IMG/VR virus record: IMGVR_UViG_3300043470_001272
Length of the DNA stretch: 64,000 nt
Origin: an uncultured virus (IMG/VR IMGVR_UViG_3300043470_001272)
Taxonomy: Duplodnaviria; Heunggongvirae; Uroviricota; Caudoviricetes
Direction: 5' to 3' (one strand)
Part shown: piece after piece, positions 1 to 8,853 of the stretch
How positions within the stretch are numbered: position 1 is the stretch's first letter
Layout of the letters: every line of letters starts with the position of its first letter
Notes under the pieces: generated by a model
Told to the model about the DNA's origin: nothing
Seen by the model: the letters and a program-made list of their open reading frames with translations, nothing else
Databases searched by the model: none
Position numbers and translations under genes: made by a program

Positions 1-2
1 GT

Positions 3-158
3 GATCAAATATTAAACCCTTTTACTGATTCTGCTGTAGTAGAAAATGTAAAAGAAAAATATTATGATTTTGACTATTTACCAGATGATGAGTCTGATGA
101 TAATAGTGTCTCTGATGATGAACCATTTGATGATATAGTAGATATATCATTAGATTAG
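3..158 (+). CDS. 3' end of a gene entering the window; acidic C-terminal tail
   Basis: Frame 3 reads DQILNPFTDSAVVENV...DDEPFDDIVDISLD* with TAG at 156-158. Confidence 0.7.
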   Translation, partial: DQILNPFTDSAVVENVKEKYYDFDYLPDDESDDNSVSDDEPFDDIVDISLD

Positions 159-189
159 GTTAATCTTTCAATTTAAATTTTATTGGTAA

Positions 190-228
190 TAACTGCTGTA
201 GGATATTCTGCAGTTAGAATTTTTATTT
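190..228 (+). terminator. possible intrinsic terminator hairpin
   Basis: TAACTGC (190-196) pairs with GCAGTTA (210-216), followed by a T-rich tract; intergenic. Confidence 0.4.
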
Positions 229-239
229 ATGATTAAAAA

Positions 240-731
240 ATGTATAAAACTATGGAAAAGTTAAAACAACAGATTAAAGATTATCAGTTAAATGCAGGTA
301 AAACCTACATGAGTTATCAAACTGATGGGTATTCACAATACCAAAACTATTTGTACAAAAGAGCACTATATGGATTAGATGCACTTTCTGAACAAGAACT
401 AGCTACTATCTGTAGCAAAAAGAAACAAAGAATTGTTAATGTGTATAAGAAAGCTCAGATTACACTTAACAAGTTTAAGCAACAGGTTACTATTCAATAC
501 AGTAATTTTGTTTTCAAAACTTTGTTTCCAAACAGTCCTATTACAAGTATATTACTTGCTGATACTGAAGTAGATGAGAGCTTTAAGAATACTTTAACTT
601 TTAAAGAGTTAGGTATTAATAAAGATCAAATTATTACTATCTTTATCAATGAAGGTATTCTTCCTAAAAACTTTTTAAGTTTAGATAAGGATCCAAATCA
701 ATTACCAAGACTAAAAAATGCCAAAACTTGA
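240..731 (+). CDS. hypothetical phage protein
   Basis: 163-aa ORF with AT-rich leader; no motif recognised. Confidence 0.75.
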   Translation: MYKTMEKLKQQIKDYQLNAGKTYMSYQTDGYSQYQNYLYKRALYGLDALSEQELATICSKKKQRIVNVYKKAQITLNKFKQQVTIQYSNFVFKTLFPNSPITSILLADTEVDESFKNTLTFKELGINKDQIITIFINEGILPKNFLSLDKDPNQLPRLKNAKT

Positions 732-1014
732 TGCAATGTTTGAAGAAAATTACATATATGGTACAGGTGAAGGTAATCTTGGTCATGGTCTTAATGTGTA
801 TTTTACTGACATCTTTGGAAAATATACTATAACTCCCGTTAAAAATAATGGGAGTTCTGGTTTTCATTATGCAGTTGACATTATTTACACTTACGGTTAT
901 GAAAGTGGACATCTAGTGTTCAAGTCTAAGAAAAAAGCCATGCAGTATGTAGTAGCAGAATTATTCATTGAATTATTTGATTATGAACAATATTTTAATA
1001 AACTTAAAAACTAA
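718..1014 (+). CDS. hypothetical protein
   Basis: 98-aa ORF overlapping the upstream stop. Confidence 0.65.
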   Translation: MPKLDAMFEENYIYGTGEGNLGHGLNVYFTDIFGKYTITPVKNNGSSGFHYAVDIIYTYGYESGHLVFKSKKKAMQYVVAELFIELFDYEQYFNKLKN

Positions 1015-1018
1015 GATT

Positions 1019-1219
1019 ATGACAAGAAATGAATTTTTAAACAAATTTGAAGACTTAACTAGACAGTTAGAAGATCTAGTAAGTCAATTACCTTCTATAC
1101 CTGAATTAGAAGAAGATATTTATAAAGAAGATGAAAGCAAGATTGCTGTATCTGCAGACATAATGAACTTAGAAACGAGTGTAGATAATTTATCAGACTT
1201 ATACTTTGATCAAGACTAA
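1019..1219 (+). CDS. small acidic hypothetical protein (likely start MTRNEF)
   Basis: ATG at 1019 just after the upstream stop; helical acidic sequence. Confidence 0.6.
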   Translation: MTRNEFLNKFEDLTRQLEDLVSQLPSIPELEEDIYKEDESKIAVSADIMNLETSVDNLSDLYFDQD

Positions 1220-1619
1220 AATTTGTGATGGATGTGGTCTTGAAAAACCCATCTGGAAAAGTAGTGGAACCGGGGGATTTAAGTATTGCAAATATTGTTG
1301 GAGTTGCCAGAATCCCAAGAATAAAGATAATATACAGAAACCAACTGATTATAAAATCCCTCTGGTTTCTTCTAAAAGAAAAAAGAAAGATGCTGAGTAT
1401 CTTAAATTAAGACAAAGATTTCTTACTGAGAATCCATTATGTGTGGTGAAGGTGAACGGATGTGGCCATGGTGCCACTGATGTTCACCATACACACGCTG
1501 GAGCTAACAGAGAAGCTTTTTACTTAATTCAATCAACTTGGTTATCTGTTTGTAGAAATTGTCATGATTGGATTCACAATTCCCCAAAAGAAGCAAGAAT
1601 ACTAGGTTATTTAAAATAA
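1206..1619 (+). CDS. HNH-type nuclease with N-terminal Zn ribbon (NinG/Rap-like)
   Basis: CDGC..CKYC ribbon; C-x5-[16 protein letters not shown] motifs. Confidence 0.75.
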   Translation: MIKTKICDGCGLEKPIWKSSGTGGFKYCKYCWSCQNPKNKDNIQKPTDYKIPLVSSKRKKKDAEYLKLRQRFLTENPLCVVKVNGCGHGATDVHHTHAGANREAFYLIQSTWLSVCRNCHDWIHNSPKEARILGYLK

Positions 1620-1624
1620 AAACT

Positions 1625-2113
1625 ATGAGAAGTGATATTATATATGATGAATGGATTCCATACATTGACTATGAGAAAGCTGAATGTGATGTTAAGTTAA
1701 AAGATGGTACTATTGTATATCATTGTTGGCCAAATGCCGGTAAGTTTAATCCATTATGTTCTTCAACAATAGATTTTGTTCCTGAAGAATTAGTAGTAGA
1801 AATCCGTTACAGAAGATATTATCCTGATAATTTATGTAAAAGTAACTGCAATGGTGATAATCCTAAAGGTGACAGAGATTTACAACTAGTAGATCTTATA
1901 GAACCTAACAAAGAAATAAATTTAGATGCACTTACAGATTGGAAAAGTTATAGTGATACTACTTATAGTAACATTCCTATGTATAATCCACCTTTTATAA
2001 GAGAAGAGCCTAAAGTTCAAAGAAATGAGCCTTGTCCTTGCAACTCAGGAAAAAAATACAAAAAGTGTTGTATCTTGAACATCCTACAGAAGCAAGAGAA
2101 ATGGGTTGGTTAA
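1625..2113 (+). CDS. SEC-C motif-containing protein
   Basis: C-terminal [17 protein letters not shown] is the SEC-C Zn-binding motif; likely start is ATG 1625. Confidence 0.8.
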   Translation: MRSDIIYDEWIPYIDYEKAECDVKLKDGTIVYHCWPNAGKFNPLCSSTIDFVPEELVVEIRYRRYYPDNLCKSNCNGDNPKGDRDLQLVDLIEPNKEINLDALTDWKSYSDTTYSNIPMYNPPFIREEPKVQRNEPCPCNSGKKYKKCCILNILQKQEKWVG

Positions 2114-2122
2114 AATAAAACT

Positions 2123-3028
2123 ATGACAGAAGAAGAACAATTAAAAATAATTCAGGCTAAGCTAAACATTACTGACAAAAGAACAGTAAAGCAAATCTTA
2201 GCACATAAAGAGCTTTGTGAGGACATTATAAAAAGAGATGTTATATCTGAACTAAAGCTGGTGGAAGAATATCAAATTCCTCAGAGCCATTTAAAAAGTT
2301 TAAAACAACAGAATAAACTATCTTTCTTTGCAAGTACAGGTGAAGTAAATAAAATCAGCCGTGGATCTAAAGTATATTATTTTGTAGATGAAGTGAAAGA
2401 TTTGTTTGGATATAATATCCGTTACAATAAATCTCATTTTTTTAAGAAAAGTATATTTAACAAGTTAGTAGTTGATATGTCAGCAGAACTATGTACAAGT
2501 ACAGAAGCTGGAGCATTAAAAATGTTTCTTATAAATAATTTATCAGTTGAAGAAATTGGTGAACATTACATTATAAGCAGTGAAAGAACAAATCAATTAA
2601 TATCTAAGGCTTATAGAAGAATTGTTAGTAAAGTGTTTCAGCTTAATAAAATGTTTAAAAGCTATAGAACAAATCTTGAGTATCAAACTGAAAATGAGTT
2701 ATTAAAAAAACAAAATACAGAATTATACAATAAGTTTTTAAGAGTTAAAGAAAATGATGTTCTTAAAGATCTTAAGTCTAATACAAATGTTGAACACTTT
2801 GTTAAACATGGTTATGATGTTAAAGACTTAGTTAAAGGCTTACATGAATTTAAAGAATATTTGTCTGTAAGAGCACTTACATGTTTAAAAGATGCTGGTA
2901 TTCAAAATCTTGATGAGCTACTTTCTTATCCTAAACGTGATCTTAGGAGATTAAGAAACATGGGTGAGAAGACTGTAAATGAGATTTGTGATTGGTTAGA
3001 AGATAAGTATAACTGGGAATTAAAATAA
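2123..3028 (+). CDS. putative transcription factor: N-terminal HTH, sigma70 region-4-like HTH, coiled coil, RNAP alpha-CTD-like domain
   Basis: LSVEEIGEHYIISSERTNQLISKAYRRI resembles sigma region 4; LSVRALTCLKDAGI...LRRLRNMGEKTVNEI resembles RpoA CTD. Confidence 0.8.
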   Translation: MTEEEQLKIIQAKLNITDKRTVKQILAHKELCEDIIKRDVISELKLVEEYQIPQSHLKSLKQQNKLSFFASTGEVNKISRGSKVYYFVDEVKDLFGYNIRYNKSHFFKKSIFNKLVVDMSAELCTSTEAGALKMFLINNLSVEEIGEHYIISSERTNQLISKAYRRIVSKVFQLNKMFKSYRTNLEYQTENELLKKQNTELYNKFLRVKENDVLKDLKSNTNVEHFVKHGYDVKDLVKGLHEFKEYLSVRALTCLKDAGIQNLDELLSYPKRDLRRLRNMGEKTVNEICDWLEDKYNWELK

Positions 3029-3033
3029 GAAGT

Positions 3034-3309
3034 ATGCCAGAAGTTCAAGTTACAACTACAGTAGATATTGATCAATATGTTGATGTAGATATTGCAGATA
3101 TTTTAGATGAGTGTAGTGAAAAAGAATTAGAAGCTGTTGTTGACTATCTTGTAGATAATGAAATAATTAAAGCAAATAGAATTTTGCCTAAATATATTTC
3201 TCAATCTGAAGAAGACTTTAACAAAAATGTAGAAAAGCTATCAGAGCTTTATTTAGTACTATCTAATGAAGAGAGTGCTATAATAGATAGTATATTAAAA
3301 AGATACTGA
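3034..3309 (+). CDS. hypothetical protein
   Basis: 91-aa ORF in a tight gene array. Confidence 0.7.
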   Translation: MPEVQVTTTVDIDQYVDVDIADILDECSEKELEAVVDYLVDNEIIKANRILPKYISQSEEDFNKNVEKLSELYLVLSNEESAIIDSILKRY

Positions 3310-3328
3310 AATCATTAATTAAAAAACT

Positions 3329-4429
3329 ATGACAAAAGATAGACAAGACATACAAATGGAAGCTCTAGCTACTACTGATGGTAAGCAAAAAGTATCCGTA
3401 GTTTTGGGAACCGGAGTTGGTAAAACCTTAGTAGGTTTAACTCATATGGATAGAAATACTACACCTTTGATGAAATGTCTTGTTGTGGCACCTAAAAAAG
3501 CTATATTTCAATCCTGGAAAGATGATGCTGTCAAGTTTGATATGCATCATCTACTAGGTAGAATAGTATTTACTACTTATCTCAGCTTAAATAAGCATGA
3601 TCCTAAAGATTATGATGTAGTATATCTAGATGAGATGCATAGCTTGAAAGATAGCCACAGAGGATTTTTACAGTTATACAAAGGTAAAGTACTTGGTCTT
3701 ACTGGTACACCTCCTAAAAGAGATTATTCAGAGAAAGGTAAACTAGTACAAGAATTCTGTCCTGTAGCATATACATTTCAAGCAGATGATGCTATTGAAA
3801 ATGGTATCCTAAATAATTACCAAATTATTGTACATAAGTTATATCTATCAAAAGATAAAAACTATGAGACAATTGCAGGTGGTAGATTATACATAACTTC
3901 TGAAGATGCTAATTATACTTACTGGTCAAGAAGAATTGATGTTGGTGGTGGTAATATGCATATGATCAGAGTTATGAGAATGAAAGCTCTTAAAGAGTAT
4001 CCTACAAAAGAAAAGTATGCTAAGCTATTATTTAATAGTATAGATACTAAATGTCTTTTGTTTGCAAATACTCAAGATCAGGCTGATAAATTATGCTCTC
4101 ACAGCTACCATAGCAAGAACAAGAGTTCTGAAGAGAATCTCCAGTTGTTCAAAGATGGCAAGATTACCAAACTTTCAGCAGTAGACCAGTTGAGTGAAGG
4201 TATTAATATACCTAATCTTAGACAAGCTATTGTCATGCATAGTTATGGTAATGAAAGAAAGTTTAATCAGAAACTAGGTAGATTACTAAGACTTAATCCT
4301 ACTGAGACAGCTATTATTCATATACTATGTTATATGGATACAGTTGATGAAGTCTGGGTAAAAGAAGCAGTAGAAAACTTAGACCAAGAGAAAATTATTT
4401 GGAAAGATTTTAATATTTCAGTATCTTAG
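3329..4429 (+). CDS. superfamily 2 (DExH) helicase
   Basis: Walker A GTGVGKT, DEMH, motif III TGT, EGINIP, QKLGRLLR motif VI. Confidence 0.9.
   Translation: MTKDRQDIQMEALATTDGKQKVSVVLGTGVGKTLVGLTHMDRNTTPLMKCLVVAPKKAIFQSWKDDAVKFDMHHLLGRIVFTTYLSLNKHDPKDYDVVYLDEMHSLKDSHRGFLQLYKGKVLGLTGTPPKRDYSEKGKLVQEFCPVAYTFQADDAIENGILNNYQIIVHKLYLSKDKNYETIAGGRLYITSEDANYTYWSRRIDVGGGNMHMIRVMRMKALKEYPTKEKYAKLLFNSIDTKCLLFANTQDQADKLCSHSYHSKNKSSEENLQLFKDGKITKLSAVDQLSEGINIPNLRQAIVMHSYGNERKFNQKLGRLLRLNPTETAIIHILCYMDTVDEVWVKEAVENLDQEKIIWKDFNISVS
4398..4429 (+). promoter_or_regulatory. candidate Bacteroidota sigma-A promoter upstream of the clpS-like gene
   Basis: TTTG (4398-4401), 20 nt, TATCTTAG (4422-4429); one mismatch to the TAnnTTTG -7 consensus. 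Confidence 0.4.
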
Positions 4430-4433
4430 AAGT

Positions 4434-4688
4434 ATGGAAGATATCAAAACACACAAGATTAGTATTTATAATGATGCTATTAATGAATTTGGTTATATCA
4501 TAGCCTGTTTAATTAGGTTTTGTAATCATGAACCTTTGCAGGCAGAACAATGTGCTATTATAGCAGATAATGCTGGTAAATGTCATGTAAAATCAGGATC
4601 CTATGAAGAAATGCTTAATATTAAAACTACTTTTAAGAGATTAGATATCAAAACTAAAATTGAAGAATATGAAAGTAGTGTGCATTAA
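4434..4688 (+). CDS. clpS: ClpS-like protease adaptor protein
   Basis: IYND..N.F.YII.CL...C.H...QAEQCA.I....GKC.VKSG matches the Bacteroidota ClpS pattern. Confidence 0.8.
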   Translation: MEDIKTHKISIYNDAINEFGYIIACLIRFCNHEPLQAEQCAIIADNAGKCHVKSGSYEEMLNIKTTFKRLDIKTKIEEYESSVH

Positions 4689-4929
4689 CAACAAGAACAA
4701 GCCAAAACAAGTATCTTCTGCTGAATGGTTAACTGAAGGCAAAGAATATACTGTTATTAATTTAAAATCAATGAACCTACAAAATGGTAAAATTGGTTAT
4801 TTATTAAAAGAAGTTCAATTATCAGAGTTATCATTTCCATATGAGCTTTATGACTCTGAAAGATTTATTTCTGCTGAAGAATATGCATTACAAAATGTAA
4901 ATTTTAAGGAATTAGAATTATCTATCTAA
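4669..4929 (+). CDS. hypothetical protein (likely start MKVVCIN)
   Basis: KVVCI...LTEGKEYTV...Y...RF pattern seen in small phage proteins. Confidence 0.65.
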   Translation: MKVVCINNKNKPKQVSSAEWLTEGKEYTVINLKSMNLQNGKIGYLLKEVQLSELSFPYELYDSERFISAEEYALQNVNFKELELSI

Positions 4930-4971
4930 GCTGAAAAGCTGTATTTATAAACTTTTAATTTATTTATTGTC

Positions 4972-5406
4972 ATGGAGTATATCAAAGAAGATGTAATAAA
5001 TGCTTTATTGGCTTTAAATTTAAAAACAAATGCTAGAGTTACTGTTGATCAAAAAAGCTATTTAATAGGTATTCTTGCATATAAATTTATGATGACAGAA
5101 CACGGTATTGCTAAAGAACTTGATATTAATAGATTTACTGTTAATTATAGTAAAAAATTAGCATTACAGTTTTACAATGATAAGTTATACAAGCAAAATG
5201 TTTATGTACATTCTCAGTTATTTCCTTTTGACTTTAGTGTTATAAAAAAGTTTTCTGATACTAAGAGAAATAAACAAGTTGAACTAATATTAGATAAAAA
5301 GTTTTACAATAAATTGAAAAAAGTAGGAGATGTTTTAGGTCATAAAGATATTAGAACTACTATCCAAATGCTTTTAGAAAAAAGTTTAAAGTTATGGGAA
5401 GAATGA
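4972..5406 (+). CDS. possible DNA-binding protein (HTH)
   Basis: TEHGIAKELDINRFTVNY is HTH-like. Confidence 0.55.
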   Translation: MEYIKEDVINALLALNLKTNARVTVDQKSYLIGILAYKFMMTEHGIAKELDINRFTVNYSKKLALQFYNDKLYKQNVYVHSQLFPFDFSVIKKFSDTKRNKQVELILDKKFYNKLKKVGDVLGHKDIRTTIQMLLEKSLKLWEE

Positions 5407-5657
5407 AAGATTTATACATGGATTTATTACATGCAAATAATGGTCACATACCACAAGAAGCTACTATAGCTGATTTGCAAAGAATGAAAGATTTAGAAAT
5501 TTTTGAATGGAAGGAGTATGAGCGACAACAAGAGAAAACAAGATTACAGTTCTTTGAATCAGAAGATTCAGCTGAGACTGCAAAGATTGAGCAAGTCAAT
5601 AAAAAGTTCTCAGCTTACTATGGAGAAGCCAGAGAAGAAAAAAAAAGTAAACAATGA
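5394..5657 (+). CDS. hypothetical protein
   Basis: 87-aa ORF with overlapping start/stop coupling. Confidence 0.65.
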   Translation: MGRMKDLYMDLLHANNGHIPQEATIADLQRMKDLEIFEWKEYERQQEKTRLQFFESEDSAETAKIEQVNKKFSAYYGEAREEKKSKQ

Positions 5658-5872
5658 AGAAGGAGACTAGAACTTGGAAACTAAAGGCTATGGTAATAGT
5701 CTATTGTTTCAGTATTATTGGTGTAGTTGGGGTTTATTATAACTGCCTTTTTAATGTAAAAATGAATGAAATAATTCTATTTTTAGCTACTATAAGTACT
5801 ATGCCTATAATAGCTGTATTTGTGTTTCAATTAGTAAATTTATTAACCAGAATTTTAAAAAGAAAAAGATGA
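5654..5872 (+). CDS. small membrane protein (2 TM)
   Basis: Two hydrophobic stretches flanked by basic ends. Confidence 0.65.
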   Translation: MKKETRTWKLKAMVIVYCFSIIGVVGVYYNCLFNVKMNEIILFLATISTMPIIAVFVFQLVNLLTRILKRKR

Positions 5873-6123
5873 AAAAATTAATTTATTTAACAGCTTTAAC
5901 AATTACTCTTTTAAGCTGTAAAAAGTATGAATCTAAAAAAGATTGTACTTGTGGAGTTATAGCTAATGATGGTGTAGATTATAATAATGGAAATTCTTGT
6001 TATTGGTTAGAGATAAGAAATAGTTGTTCAAACAACAAGAAAAAATTCTGCTTTGACCAAGATGTATGGATTAGTGCATATGTTGGTAGTAATTTCTGTG
6101 TTTCAGGTGTACAACCTTGGTAA
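5869..6123 (+). CDS. small Cys-rich lipoprotein
   Basis: MKKLIYLTALTITLLSC lipobox signal; several further Cys. Confidence 0.7.
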   Translation: MKKLIYLTALTITLLSCKKYESKKDCTCGVIANDGVDYNNGNSCYWLEIRNSCSNNKKKFCFDQDVWISAYVGSNFCVSGVQPW

Positions 6124-6301
6124 ATATCTATTGGTATGGATAAGTCAAAACTTATCTGTACCATTTTGGATGGTAGGTCATGTTCACTTATCTGTTAATG
6201 TATATGAAGATATTCATGAAATAATAGCATCCTGTGGTATGAACTTAATTGTTGCTGCAGGATTTATTATTGATTACTTAGAACAAAAAAAGAAATTATG
6301 A
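6053..6301 (+). CDS. small membrane protein; true start uncertain
   Basis: Hydrophobic ORF ending in an ATGA overlap; the 5' part overlaps the upstream lipoprotein gene. Confidence 0.5.
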   Translation: MTKMYGLVHMLVVISVFQVYNLGKYLLVWISQNLSVPFWMVGHVHLSVNVYEDIHEIIASCGMNLIVAAGFIIDYLEQKKKL

Positions 6302-6687
6302 AACTAGTTAAAAGAGAAAATGATTATTGTCTTTACAATGAATCAGAAGAAACTATTGCAGCATCTTGGGCTAATGTAACTGGTAAAAAATTATCACAAT
6401 CAAACTGTGATGAGATATTTGGAGTTGTTGATGTTGAGAAGTTGGCTGAAGAACTATATAATGGTCATGCTATGGCTGTTGATTGGCAATTAGAAAAGAG
6501 TGGATTCAAAACAGGCTTCAACAAAGCAATGGGGTTGTATCAACCAACAGAAATAGATGTTGAAATTGAGATGGAATGTAAAATAGGATGTGATAATTTT
6601 ATTTTCAATGGGGATAAATCTATATGTTGTGGTAACAAAATAAAAAAATTAGACTCAAACGGAAATTTAATACTTAGAAAATTATGA
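6298..6687 (+). CDS. hypothetical protein
   Basis: 129-aa ORF, ATGA-coupled. Confidence 0.7.
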   Translation: MKLVKRENDYCLYNESEETIAASWANVTGKKLSQSNCDEIFGVVDVEKLAEELYNGHAMAVDWQLEKSGFKTGFNKAMGLYQPTEIDVEIEMECKIGCDNFIFNGDKSICCGNKIKKLDSNGNLILRKL

Positions 6688-6992
6688 TAAAAGATAAATG
6701 GAATAGACTCAATAAAGAACTTGATGATGCTTTAGAAGAAGAATTTGGTTCAGAAGAACCTAAACAAGAAACACTTGAAGAACTTGCAAAAGAGTTTTAC
6801 TCAGATGAGAACCAATTGATGGAAAGAATTGCATTCAAACGTGGTTATACAGAATGTAAAGAAAATAGTTATAGTGAGGAAGAAGCTGGTGAATTAGTTT
6901 ATACTATTATTGGTCAATATGGTAGACATTACGGTATTATGATTGATGGTGCAAAACTCAATGAATTATTTAAAGAATTTAAAAAGAAATAA
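6684..6992 (+). CDS. hypothetical protein (ETLEE...YSEEE family)
   Basis: Shares ETL.E and YSEEE segments with the 7227-7487 gene. Confidence 0.7.
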   Translation: MIKDKWNRLNKELDDALEEEFGSEEPKQETLEELAKEFYSDENQLMERIAFKRGYTECKENSYSEEEAGELVYTIIGQYGRHYGIMIDGAKLNELFKEFKKK

Positions 6993-6993
6993 G

Positions 6994-7191
6994 ATGGAAA
7001 ATTTACCAAAAGAAAAAAGCTTTTATATAGGATTTATTGTAGGATTTATCTTTTTAACAAATTTTGAAATATATTTAGTAAGAGAAGGTAACAATTATCA
7101 TTGGTTAATGATTCCTGTGTTTACTATTTGGAATTTAATAAGTTGTTATTTTTTAGGATTAACTGCTTGTGGTAAATTTAAAATATTTTAA
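6994..7191 (+). CDS. small membrane protein (2 TM)
   Basis: ATG at 6994 after the junction motif; two hydrophobic segments. Confidence 0.65.
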   Translation: MENLPKEKSFYIGFIVGFIFLTNFEIYLVREGNNYHWLMIPVFTIWNLISCYFLGLTACGKFKIF

Positions 7192-7226
7192 ACTAATTAA
7201 GTTTGAACAATTCAAAAAGAAATAGT

Positions 7227-7487
7227 ATGGAAGAAACACTTAAAGAAGCAGCTAAGAAAAGATATATTGAAGGAGTTTATGTTATAAATGGTATTGATAT
7301 ATGTGACGTATCAAGAGAATGTTTTATTGAAGGTGCTAAATTCCAAGCTGAGAGGATGTATAGTGAGGAAGAAGTAATAGAATTATTAACAGCAAGATGT
7401 AAACATTTTGGTACTACTATGACACCTTTTAGAGAATTACTTCTTAAACAAGATTTAGAATGGTTTGAAGAAAATAAAAAGAAATAA
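7227..7487 (+). CDS. hypothetical protein (ETLKE...YSEEE family)
   Basis: ATG at 7227; paralogous segments with 6684-6992. Confidence 0.7.
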   Translation: MEETLKEAAKKRYIEGVYVINGIDICDVSRECFIEGAKFQAERMYSEEEVIELLTARCKHFGTTMTPFRELLLKQDLEWFEENKKK

Positions 7488-7488
7488 G

Positions 7489-7734
7489 ATGGGAAAAGTA
7501 ACAATAGAATTTGATACTGTAGAAGAAGCACAAGATATAAGAGATGCTTTGGATGGATATAAGTGGAAATTAGCTGTATGGGATTTAGACCAAAAATTAA
7601 GAGATACTACTAAGTATGGAGCTAGTTTAATTGGTACAAAACCAGGTGCTAGTGCAGAAGAACAAGATGTTGCAGAAAAAGTAAGAGATTTGATAAGAGA
7701 ATGTTTATCAGATTATAATCTTGAAATGGAATAA
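7489..7734 (+). CDS. hypothetical protein
   Basis: ATG at 7489 after the junction motif. Confidence 0.7.
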   Translation: MGKVTIEFDTVEEAQDIRDALDGYKWKLAVWDLDQKLRDTTKYGASLIGTKPGASAEEQDVAEKVRDLIRECLSDYNLEME

Positions 7735-7735
7735 T

Positions 7736-7984
7736 ATGAGCACAACCTTTGGAATACCAAAAAAACCTATCAATATAGAGTTAGGTGATGAAGATGGCGT
7801 ATATGAACATATTAATTCAGAAATATTTAAAAAAATATGGTTCAGAACTATGAAAAATAGTAGGTGGCTAAGTGATTCAGCTAAATTATTACCTGATGAT
7901 ACTAGAGTGTATGCTTTAGATAATAGTCAACAAGGTATTTTTACAATTGGAGATATTAAAAAAGCAATGGAAGAAATAATATGA
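7736..7984 (+). CDS. hypothetical protein (likely start MSTTFG)
   Basis: ATG directly after the upstream stop. Confidence 0.65.
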   Translation: MSTTFGIPKKPINIELGDEDGVYEHINSEIFKKIWFRTMKNSRWLSDSAKLLPDDTRVYALDNSQQGIFTIGDIKKAMEEII

Positions 7985-8208
7985 AAGACACAGCAGTTAA
8001 ATTTTTGATAGATGAAATCTCATGTAGATTTATAATATCTGAGGAGCTAAGAATAGCAATGTATAAGGCTATTGCAATGGAGAAGGAGCAAATAAGTAAG
8101 GCTTACGAACAAGGGAGTGAAGATGGTTATTGGCATCCTGAAAATGGATATAGTAATGAATTTGAATCAGCAGAACAATACTACAACGAAACCTTTAAAT
8201 CAGAATAA
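7981..8208 (+). CDS. hypothetical protein ending FKSE*
   Basis: 75-aa ORF; AMEKEQI...AEQYYNETFKSE. Confidence 0.7.
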   Translation: MKDTAVKFLIDEISCRFIISEELRIAMYKAIAMEKEQISKAYEQGSEDGYWHPENGYSNEFESAEQYYNETFKSE

Positions 8209-8209
8209 T

Positions 8210-8290
8210 ATGGCTTGGATATTAATTATATCACATATAGGGTTTGCTCTATGGTTTTATGCAGGATATAAGATTGGTAAAAGAAAATAA
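8210..8290 (+). CDS. 26-aa single-TM peptide (not in the ORF track)
   Basis: MAWILIISHIGFALWFYAGYKIGKRK*; fills the gap exactly between neighbours. Confidence 0.6.
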   Translation: MAWILIISHIGFALWFYAGYKIGKRK

Positions 8291-8291
8291 T

Positions 8292-8447
8292 ATGGAAGAA
8301 GAAATCAAAGAAGCTGCTGCTAATTTAGCTGACCCAAATGTAGACAAGACAGATAATTGGATTGCAGGTGCTAAGTGGATGTTAGAAAAGTTACAAGACT
8401 TTGACACCTGGAAAGAGTGGAAAGATATAAACTTTAAATCAGAATAA
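8292..8447 (+). CDS. hypothetical protein ending FKSE*
   Basis: ATG at 8292 (MEEEIKEAA). Confidence 0.65.
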   Translation: MEEEIKEAAANLADPNVDKTDNWIAGAKWMLEKLQDFDTWKEWKDINFKSE

Positions 8448-8448
8448 G

Positions 8449-8589
8449 ATGGAAGAAGAAGAATGTTGTCCTAATTGTGGTGAATGTGAAAACATTCATA
8501 CTAATTATGACTGGAGTAAACCTGACAGACCTGTAGAGCAGTATCTGTGTAATGAATGTGGAACATATTTTCCACCTAAATCAGAATAA
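8449..8589 (+). CDS. 46-aa Zn-ribbon protein (not in the ORF track)
   Basis: MEEEECCPNCGE...YLCNECGTYFPPKSE*; two CxxC motifs. Confidence 0.7.
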   Translation: MEEEECCPNCGECENIHTNYDWSKPDRPVEQYLCNECGTYFPPKSE

Positions 8590-8590
8590 G

Positions 8591-8839
8591 ATGATAACTC
8601 AAATCTGGTGGAGGGATAATTTTATAAATGTAAATCCTGATAAGGCACCAGCTGATGAGAGACAATTAATTTCTTTCTTAAGGTATAATAATGCTCCAGC
8701 ATGTTTTGTAAAAACAGGTAATGCATGGAGGAAAGTTACCAAAGATGGTCAGCTAATTGAAGTATCAAGAACACTCTATCTCCTATCATTTAAAGATTGG
8801 TTGAGAATTGCTCTTGATGATTGTTTTATTGAAAATTAA
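8591..8839 (+). CDS. hypothetical protein
   Basis: ATG at 8591 after the junction repeat. Confidence 0.65.
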   Translation: MITQIWWRDNFINVNPDKAPADERQLISFLRYNNAPACFVKTGNAWRKVTKDGQLIEVSRTLYLLSFKDWLRIALDDCFIEN

Positions 8840-8853
8840 TAAATCAGAATAAG

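Noticed and set aside
1225..1410. Alternative-frame ORF
   Set aside because: It is nested in the HNH nuclease gene and has no motif
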